A stretch of 32,000 bases of DNA. It comes from Caldimicrobium thiodismutans (GTDB lineage Bacteria > Desulfobacterota > Thermodesulfobacteria > Thermodesulfobacteriales > Thermodesulfobacteriaceae). The stretch's first letter is position 1; the number at the start of each line of letters is the position of its first letter. Positions 25,887 through 32,000 of this stretch are shown here, one piece after another. Location of the stretch: assembly GCF_001548275.1 (NCBI RefSeq), contig NZ_AP014945.1:1530001-1562000 (forward strand). Reading direction: 5' to 3'. The translations under genes and the position numbers were made by a program. The notes beneath the pieces were generated by a model. That model had not been told where the DNA came from. It worked only from the letters and a program-made list of their open reading frames with translations, and ran no database searches.

Positions 25887-26458
25887 AGTAAAACAGATAT
25901 TCCTCCAATTTCTGAGATAAGTTTTTCAATTTCTTCAGGTGGGAATTTTTTAACAGGTTCTCCAATCATAGCTTCACTTATTTTTTCTTCAATGACAGTT
26001 CCGTGAATGTGATCAGCTCCCCAAAGTAGCGCCATTTGAGCAAGGCCAATGCCAAGAAAGACCCAGTGAGCCTTAATATGGGAAAAATTATCAAGCACAA
26101 TTCTTGATAGGGCGATGGTTTTGAGTATTTTTTGAGCAGAAGGAGGTCTTAAATAGGAAAGCTTTGTATTTTCCGGGATAAAGGGAAGGGGAACAAAGGC
26201 TGAAAAACCCCCTGTTTCTTCTTGAATTTCTCTAAGTTTCAAAAGATGATCCACTACTTCTTCCTCAGTTTCAATGTGCCCAAAAAGGAGAGTGGCATTG
26301 GTTTTTATTCCGAGTTTATGGGCAGTTTTAGCAATCTCAATCCATCTTTCTGCACTTATTTTACCTTGATAAAGTTTTTTTCTAATTCTTTCAGAAAAAA
26401 CCTCGGCCCCACCCCCTGGAATTTCAGATAATTCTCTCTCTTTTTTCAAAAAAATCAA
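25883..26458 (-). pseudogene. C-terminal half of an MqnC/MqnE (CofH-like) radical SAM enzyme, N-terminally truncated (remnant A)
   Basis: The 191-aa ORF starts at the family block IPGGGAEVFSERIRKKL and continues NATLLFGHIETEEEVVDHLLKLREIQEETGGFSAFVPLPF...WGADHIHGT. The CxxxCxxC radical SAM half (about 170 aa) is absent because cysC occupies the upstream position. It has a TTG start overlapping the cysC stop. Confidence 0.7.
25924..26063. repeat. Direct repeat, copy A (140 bp, about 96% identical to 28934-29073)
   Basis: Manual alignment at a constant offset of 3010 bp gives about 134 of 140 identical positions with no indels. Flanking sequence drops to much lower identity. Confidence 0.85.
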
Positions 26459-27069
26459 ATTTTCTGTATTCCATGATTAAAAATTTTAGGCAGAATATAC
26501 TTTAATAAAAGATTGACTGACTCTTCAACAGTTATGAGATGGGTATCAATGATAAGGTCAGGATTTTCAGGCTCTTCATAAGGTGCTGAAACTCCAGTAT
26601 ACTCAGGAATTAATCCTTTAAAAGCTTCTTTATATAAGCCTTTTGGATCTCTTTGGGCACAAATTTCAATTGGGCAGCGACAGTAGATTTCAATAAAATC
26701 CTTGCCCAATAAATTCCTGAGATATTGTCGATCCCTTCTAAAAGGAGACACAAACGCGCAAAGCACTACAAGCCCTGCAGATAGCAATAGCTTAATAACT
26801 TCGCCTATGCGCCGGATATTTTCACTTCTATCTTCTGGTGAAAAACCAAGGTCAGAACATAATCCATGCCGGATATTATCTCCGTCCAGAGTAATAGTTT
26901 TAACTTTTAGATCATATAATTTGAGTTCTAATTGATGGGCTATAGTTGATTTCCCAGAACTCGGGAGGCCAGTAAACCAAATGACAAGAGAACGATGTCC
27001 GTTTAGATTTTCCCTCATTTCACGAGTGACTTCAGTTTTATGCCAAAATACTAATTTATTTTTTTTCAT
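26455..27069 (-). CDS. cysC: Adenylyl-sulfate (APS) kinase
   Basis: 204 aa with the P-loop WFTGLPSSGKSTIA, LDGDNIRHGL, FSPEDRSENIRRIGEV and the downstream PYEEPENPDL block, all typical of CysC. Confidence 0.93.
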   Translation of the reverse strand: MKKNKLVFWHKTEVTREMRENLNGHRSLVIWFTGLPSSGKSTIAHQLELKLYDLKVKTITLDGDNIRHGLCSDLGFSPEDRSENIRRIGEVIKLLLSAGLVVLCAFVSPFRRDRQYLRNLLGKDFIEIYCRCPIEICAQRDPKGLYKEAFKGLIPEYTGVSAPYEEPENPDLIIDTHLITVEESVNLLLKYILPKIFNHGIQKI

Positions 27070-27075
27070 ATTTAA

Positions 27076-28005
27076 TTATTTTTCATGCTTGAAAATAGGA
27101 TATTTAAATTTTTTAAGTAATGGGAAAGTTAGGAGAGTAACAAGAAATTTATATTTAAGAGGTAATTTTTTATGCCAATCAATATCTTTTTTAATGTAAA
27201 TTTCTTTTTTAAAGGATAGCTTTACTGGATTACCACCTACAAGATGCTTTTTTTTGAATAAAAATATTTTTTTTTCAAAATTGAAAAAAGGTTTAAAATT
27301 AAAAGCGTGTGTTAAACATGTTAAGGAGGCTTGTATATTATTAGTTAAATCTTCATATTTTATTAAATGATAATTTTTATGTTTGAAATTTAAGATCCCT
27401 AAATTATAAATATTCCATAATCTTGCTGAAGTAAAAGGGTGATATCTTTTCATATAAGATCTCAGTGCAGGATGATATTTTTCTTTAGTCCATGAATATG
27501 CAACTCCCCTTGGATCCCTTACCAGATGAATGATATAAAGCTCTATAGGTAAATCTTTTAAAACATATAAATAATGTGGTAATTTTGATGAATCAATAAG
27601 GATTTTGCAACCTGATATTTCAGCCACAGTTTTATAGAAATTCAAGATGAAATCTGAATACTTTTTTAATTCATTTTTATTTTGTAAAAGATATTTGTTT
27701 CGTTTATAATAATTTAAAATAGGAATATTTTCAACAATTTTTTGAAGATAATAGAGTTTTTCTAATTTATCTTTGCTCGGTAAAGAATTATTAAATAATT
27801 TTAATAGAACCTGCTTCCAAAAGGGGCAATCATCTATAGCTTCACCACAAGAACACAAAGGTTTTTCATAGCGTAAAAGATGCTTCCAGAGCAATCTTGC
27901 CTCACCTAAAGAAAAAGCATCATCTATTTCTCCAAGAATGGCATCAAGAAGGGTTGATCCTGATCTTCCAGCTCCAGCAATGTAAATCACTTTAGTTTCA
28001 GCCAT
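27076..28005 (-). CDS. PAPS-dependent sulfotransferase
   Basis: 309 aa. 5'-PSB loop IAGAGRSGSTLL lies at the N-terminus and the 3'-PB-like HLVRDPRGVAYSW in mid-protein. There is a Cys cluster CSCGEAIDDCPFW. It lies 6 nt upstream of cysC in the direction of transcription and is very AT-rich. Confidence 0.8.
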   Translation of the reverse strand: MAETKVIYIAGAGRSGSTLLDAILGEIDDAFSLGEARLLWKHLLRYEKPLCSCGEAIDDCPFWKQVLLKLFNNSLPSKDKLEKLYYLQKIVENIPILNYYKRNKYLLQNKNELKKYSDFILNFYKTVAEISGCKILIDSSKLPHYLYVLKDLPIELYIIHLVRDPRGVAYSWTKEKYHPALRSYMKRYHPFTSARLWNIYNLGILNFKHKNYHLIKYEDLTNNIQASLTCLTHAFNFKPFFNFEKKIFLFKKKHLVGGNPVKLSFKKEIYIKKDIDWHKKLPLKYKFLVTLLTFPLLKKFKYPIFKHEK

Positions 28006-28035
28006 AATCTAAAATACTAATTTTACCAAAAATTT

Positions 28036-28896
28036 TTAATATTTAAAGTTAAATATGCTACTGTGATAGCTTTTTCTTGCTTCCCTTAAATAAGTTAATG
28101 CAAGTTCTTTATTCCCAAATAAATAGGCCTTTTTGGCCAATTCAAGATAGGTAAGATATAAGGCATAAGGGTAAAGATGTTGAAAGTTAGATGGTAAATC
28201 TTTAAAAAGATAATCAATTGAGGATAAAGATTTTTCTATGTAGAAATTAATTAGATATCTCAAGCGATTAGGGTGATCTCTAATAAGAGCAATGGGTTCA
28301 TTGACAATTTTTATCTTATGCAGGGTTAACCACTTGGCCTTAATCACAAAGTCCTCCCGAACTTTTAAATCTTCTGGGAAGGTATAAAGTAGGGTAATTT
28401 TTCTTTTAACAAGATAAAGACCCTCAGAATAAGTTCCTTCAAGAAAGATTTTCAGGCGCCTGACCGGCAGATTTTCCTCTGGAAACTTTTTAAATTTCCT
28501 TTTTCCTTTTTTCTCTCGGAAAGTGTTGAATAAATAAACTTCATAAAGATTCCTTGCTACATGTTGGATAAGTTTTTCGAGTCCTCCAGAAATTAATAAA
28601 TCATCTGAGTCAAGAAAGAAGATATAATCTCCTTTAGCATATTTTAAACCTTTGTTTCTTGCTGAGGAAACACCCAGGTTTTTTTCGTGTCTAACTGCTT
28701 CTATATTTGGAGCAGCCTTTTCTAACTCTTTGAGATATTTCCAAGTTCCATCATTTGAACCATCGTCAACAACTATTATTTCAACAGGTTTATTTTTAGC
28801 CTGTGATAATAATGAGTTCAAAGTTTCTTTCAATAAAGAAAGACGATTATAGGTTGGAGTTATTATAGAAATGAGAGGCCTTTCAGAAAAAGTCAT
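28036..28896 (-). CDS. GT2-family glycosyltransferase (copy B)
   Basis: 286 aa with GT-A motifs (ISIITPTYNRLSLL, IIVVDDGSNDGT, FFLDSDD). By eye, roughly half to two-thirds of residues are identical to copy A. Confidence 0.85.
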   Translation of the reverse strand: MTFSERPLISIITPTYNRLSLLKETLNSLLSQAKNKPVEIIVVDDGSNDGTWKYLKELEKAAPNIEAVRHEKNLGVSSARNKGLKYAKGDYIFFLDSDDLLISGGLEKLIQHVARNLYEVYLFNTFREKKGKRKFKKFPEENLPVRRLKIFLEGTYSEGLYLVKRKITLLYTFPEDLKVREDFVIKAKWLTLHKIKIVNEPIALIRDHPNRLRYLINFYIEKSLSSIDYLFKDLPSNFQHLYPYALYLTYLELAKKAYLFGNKELALTYLREARKSYHSSIFNFKY

Positions 28897-29156
28897 ATTA
28901 AAACTAGTTCCCCACCAATTTCTTTTATCAATCTTTCAATTTCTTCGGGTGGGAATTTTTTAACAGGTTCTCCAATCATAGCTTCACTTATTTTTTCTTC
29001 AATGAATGTTCCGTGGATGTGATCAGCTCCCCAAAGTAATGCCATTTGAGCAAGGCCAATGCCAAGAAAGACCAAGTAAGCCTTTACCTCTTCCTTAGTT
29101 TCAAGATGTCCAAAAATGTGCCTGAAAAGATGGTTAGCCTTTTTATCATGGGGATT
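28893..29156 (-). pseudogene. Second, more decayed remnant of the MqnC/MqnE-like radical SAM gene (remnant B)
   Basis: In-frame translation HDKKANHLFRHIFGHLETKEEVKAYLVFLGIGLAQMALLWGADHIHGTFIEEK aligns without gaps to remnant A (HKLGIKTNATLLFGHIETEEEV...KAHWVFLGIGLAQ...). It carries an in-frame loss of about 60 codons. A stop codon lies immediately upstream at 29157-29159. Confidence 0.6.
28934..29073. repeat. Direct repeat, copy B (140 bp, about 96% identical to 25924-26063)
   Basis: Same alignment as copy A. The mismatches I counted are at 28947, 29006-29007, 29016 and 29039-29040. Confidence 0.85.
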
Positions 29157-29371
29157 TTAATAATTATAAACAGATTTTTTGAAAAATCCACTAAATTGTC
29201 CCTATCTTGAGATTTACAGCTACCTCTTCTGGGAGATAAATCTGTATTTCCTTTTATTATTAACTTGTAAAGCCTTCCTTGGATAGAGGGTGTAAATCCT
29301 TCCTTTTACCCTTTCCCGCCCTTCCTTTTTATAGTAAGGATGTGAACTTATGATAAAGAGTTTTTTATTCA

Positions 29372-29443
29372 AGCCGGCGGTGGGGATTGAACCCACGACC
29401 TGTGGATTACGAATCCACTGCTCTGCCGCTGAGCTACGCCGGC
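29372..29443 (-). tRNA. tRNA-Thr (anticodon CGU), no encoded CCA
   Basis: Reverse complement reads GCCGGCG TA GCTC AGCGGCA GAGC A GTGGA TTCGTAA TCCAC AGGTC GTGGG TTCAATC CCCAC CGCCGGC T. It has a 7-bp acceptor stem, 4-bp D stem, 5-bp anticodon stem with loop TTCGTAA (anticodon CGT), a 5-nt variable loop and a T-arm with GTTCAATCC. Confidence 0.9.
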
Positions 29444-29465
29444 ACTTGCTACTAAAATTCTAATC

Positions 29466-30974
29466 CTAAATCCTTGGACCTTCAAGGACCCTTTTACGAC
29501 TTATCACAGCAATAACTGCTAAAAAGACGATGAAGAGGAGAATAAAAATTCTTGCCAGCCATTTGTAGGGATCCGGTTCTTTAAGAACATCTAATAGTTT
29601 TTCACTAAACCAAAAATAACCAATAAAAAAGATAAAAAGAGGTGAAATTGTCCCTGTAAAATAAACAAAACTTTTAGGAAGTTTAATGGATGTATCAAGG
29701 GTTAATTCCCGATAAAAATTTTCTACTCCAAATACCCAGATGAAAACAATGATTTCTATCAGGGCAAAAAGCAGGAGGAAGACAGCTCCAGCCCAGAAAT
29801 CAAGTTCATCCAGAAAATTAGGTATATAAGCACATAAATGGGCTCCTAATACTACAAGGAGCATGCTAAAGGTTACTGCACGAGTGTGGCTCCATTTCAT
29901 TTCATCTTCAAAAAGGGCTACTAAAGGCTGAGTCAGGGCAAGAGAGGAAGTCAGAGCTGCTATAAAAAGCAAAATAAACCAGACAAAGGCAAGCAATTTT
30001 CCCAGAGGAAGACTCATAAGTATAGCAGGCATGGTCATAAAGCCAAGGCGAAAGGTGCCTTCTTTGGCAAGTTCAGGTATAGCTAAGGCGCCAAACATTG
30101 CAAAGGCAGCTGGTATAGCAATACTTGCACCAATTATAACCTCTACAAATTCATTTATTCCTGCTGTCCACAGACCAGCTTTAATAACATCCTCCTTAGG
30201 TTTCACATAGCTGGCATAGGTTGCAATAGCTCCCATACCAAGGGAGAGGGTGAAAAAGATCTGCCCCGAGGCCTCAATCCAGGTCATAGGATCCTTTAAT
30301 CCTGAAAGATTGAGATTATAAATAAACTTAAGACCCTCAATCCCTATCCAGTTATTGGTAGAAAGGGAGATAACCCCGAGCAGAAGGCCCATAAAGATAA
30401 GAGCAGGCATACCAATTTTGGCTGTTATCTCTATGCCTTTAACAACTCCTCTTTGGAGGATAATCCAGTTTAAGACAAGGGTAATCCAGAGAAAGACACC
30501 TGCAGTAAAGGAGGGAGCTGTATAGGTTTTAAAAAAGGTTACAAAGGGTTCCATAGCTTGATGAGGATCAGAGGTTATAACTGGCTCAGGCATAGCCCCA
30601 AAAAGGGATAAGAAGGCAAAGCCAAGGGTCCAGGATTCAATCCAGATGTAATACATGACAATCAAAATTGGGATAGCCACTCCAAGGGAACCAATAGCCC
30701 TTGCCCAGGATGCATGTCCAAAAAAAAGACCCAGGATGCCTGTCATGGACCCATGGCCTCTTTTACCAGCATATCTTCCAATAACCCATTCAATTAGCAT
30801 TACAGGAAGCCCGAGAAGGAGTAAGGAAATAAAGTAGGGGAGCATAAAAGCTCCTCCTCCATAAAGAGCCGCTTTGGATGGAAAACGAAGAAGATTACCT
30901 AACCCAACCGCATTCCCTGCAGCTGCTAAAATAAGCCCAGCTTTGGTTGCCCAGGTCTCTCTTTTTCTATCCAT
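29466..30974 (-). CDS. Sodium-dependent transporter, NSS/SNF family
   Basis: 502 aa polytopic protein with the N-terminal NSS signature WATKAGLILAAAGNAVGLGNLLRFPSKAALYGGGAFMLPY. Confidence 0.92.
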   Translation of the reverse strand: MDRKRETWATKAGLILAAAGNAVGLGNLLRFPSKAALYGGGAFMLPYFISLLLLGLPVMLIEWVIGRYAGKRGHGSMTGILGLFFGHASWARAIGSLGVAIPILIVMYYIWIESWTLGFAFLSLFGAMPEPVITSDPHQAMEPFVTFFKTYTAPSFTAGVFLWITLVLNWIILQRGVVKGIEITAKIGMPALIFMGLLLGVISLSTNNWIGIEGLKFIYNLNLSGLKDPMTWIEASGQIFFTLSLGMGAIATYASYVKPKEDVIKAGLWTAGINEFVEVIIGASIAIPAAFAMFGALAIPELAKEGTFRLGFMTMPAILMSLPLGKLLAFVWFILLFIAALTSSLALTQPLVALFEDEMKWSHTRAVTFSMLLVVLGAHLCAYIPNFLDELDFWAGAVFLLLFALIEIIVFIWVFGVENFYRELTLDTSIKLPKSFVYFTGTISPLFIFFIGYFWFSEKLLDVLKEPDPYKWLARIFILLFIVFLAVIAVISRKRVLEGPRI

Positions 30975-30976
30975 AT

Positions 30977-31936
30977 TTATTTTTTGGATTTTTCTTTAAT
31001 GCGTTTTATTATAATGTGAGCGGTATTAAATGCAAGCTGAATACTCCCCTTAGGAACACCGATATCTCCAGCAAGAAATACCCCGGGAAGATTGGTTTCA
31101 AAATGTTCATCAACTTTGGGACGGTCCTCAAGATCAAAATCAATCCCAATATATTTTAGAAAACCCTTAGGGGTGCTTCCACCTAAGCAGTAATAGACAT
31201 AATCATAAATATCAGATTTTCCATCTTTAAAATGAACCCTCACCAATCCATCCTCAGCAGTTACTTTTTCTATGTCCGTTCCTAAAAGAAGTTTAACTTT
31301 GCCTTCTGCTACTTTTTCCTCAAGAATCTTTAAATTAACAGGGTTTATGCGGAAAAACTGAGGTCTTCTGTAGGAAAGATAGACCTCGCATTTGGGACAG
31401 AGAAAGGAAGCAACCTCAGCAGCCGTATCCCCTCCTCCTACGACTAAAACTTTGCCACCAGCTGGACAGATATTGGGAGGTTCAAAGAAAACCCTATCTT
31501 TTACTTCCTTAGGAATAGGATAATCTGGTTTCTTGGGCTGGCCAAAAATCCCTATGGCGATTATTACAAATTCAGCCAAAAACTGGGGTTCTCCTTTGAT
31601 AGTTACTTCATATCCTTCAGGGGTTTTTTTGATGTAATTGACCTCGCTGTTTAAACGAATATCAAGCTTATATTTTTCAAGCCAGCTCTTAATTCTTTCT
31701 AAAAAGGCCTCTTTGCTTTCGGTTTCAAAACGGCAAATACCAAGGGGTTCAACTTCAACCCCACGATAGACCGCATCAACTCTTTTGTTGGGCCTGTATA
31801 GCCTCTCAATGGTGTCACAAACATGAGGGGCCTTCTCAAGGATTACAACTGGCTCAAGGCCAGCCTCCTTAGCCTCAATTCCACAGGCAATTCCCGCAGG
31901 CCCTGCTCCAATAATAGCAATCTTTACCCTTTCCAT
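30977..31936 (-). CDS. FAD/NAD(P)-binding pyridine nucleotide-disulfide oxidoreductase family flavoprotein (thioredoxin reductase/YpdA-like, no CxxC)
   Basis: 319 aa with two dinucleotide-binding motifs (IAIIGAGPAGIACG and VLVVGGGDTAAEVA) plus a C-terminal GVFLAGD FAD motif. No CxxC redox pair was seen. AGGAGGAG RBS present. Sits 2 nt upstream of the NSS transporter. Confidence 0.8.
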   Translation of the reverse strand: MERVKIAIIGAGPAGIACGIEAKEAGLEPVVILEKAPHVCDTIERLYRPNKRVDAVYRGVEVEPLGICRFETESKEAFLERIKSWLEKYKLDIRLNSEVNYIKKTPEGYEVTIKGEPQFLAEFVIIAIGIFGQPKKPDYPIPKEVKDRVFFEPPNICPAGGKVLVVGGGDTAAEVASFLCPKCEVYLSYRRPQFFRINPVNLKILEEKVAEGKVKLLLGTDIEKVTAEDGLVRVHFKDGKSDIYDYVYYCLGGSTPKGFLKYIGIDFDLEDRPKVDEHFETNLPGVFLAGDIGVPKGSIQLAFNTAHIIIKRIKEKSKK

Positions 31937-32000
31937 AGGCTTCTCCTCCTATCTCTTTTTCTGTTCCCAAGCCCAGGTATGTTTTATGATTAGCTCAAGG

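Noticed and set aside
29076-29371. Looked for an integrase, att repeat, small RNA or terminator in the noncoding stretch downstream of tRNA-Thr.
   Set aside because: No ORF of meaningful length, no stable stem-loop followed by a T-run and no repeat of the tRNA 3' end were detectable by eye. Only the radical SAM remnant homology at the lower end could be supported.
1-32000. Scan for CRISPR arrays, tandem repeats, IS elements or transposases, rRNA genes and toxin-antitoxin or defence-type gene pairs.
   Set aside because: No regularly spaced repeats, no inverted-repeat-bounded transposase and no rRNA-like sequence were found. No small paired ORFs of TA type or recognisable defence domains were found either. 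The only PIN domain is the HARP-like protein, which stands alone without an antitoxin partner.

Overview
Gene-dense, moderately AT-rich window from a diderm bacterium. The K/E/I/L-rich proteins and the gene content suggest a thermophilic, deep-branching lineage (Thermodesulfobacteriota- or Aquificota-like), but this taxonomic guess is low confidence. Positions 1-11134 are a housekeeping block on the + strand: fabZ-lpxA-lpxI-(Gfo/Idh/MocA oxidoreductase)-lpxB, a stand-alone AICAR formyltransferase-type purH, greA, icd and leuS-lptE. A convergent PIN_5-type ORF at 10535-11134 looks like a HARP-type protein-only RNase P. Positions 11197-28896 are a roughly 18-kb envelope-glycan, LPS-core or lipid-A-decoration locus. 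It contains an oxidoreductase/aminotransferase/ArnC-like GT2 operon, two ArnT-like GT-C transferases, an AT-rich WaaL-like ligase plus a decayed second copy, two GT4 and two GT2 transferases, two Kdo/WaaP-type kinases and an AsnB-like amidoligase. Most notable is a cysC-sulfotransferase-GT2 module bracketed by two ~140-bp near-identical direct repeats. These repeats sit in remnants of a truncated MqnC/MqnE-like radical SAM gene. The locus ends at a tRNA-Thr(CGU) at 29372-29443 (- strand), followed by an NSS-family transporter and a flavoprotein oxidoreductase. I saw no CRISPR array, rRNA, IS element, transposase or integrase. All functional calls rest on motif recognition by eye and on synteny; no database search was possible.
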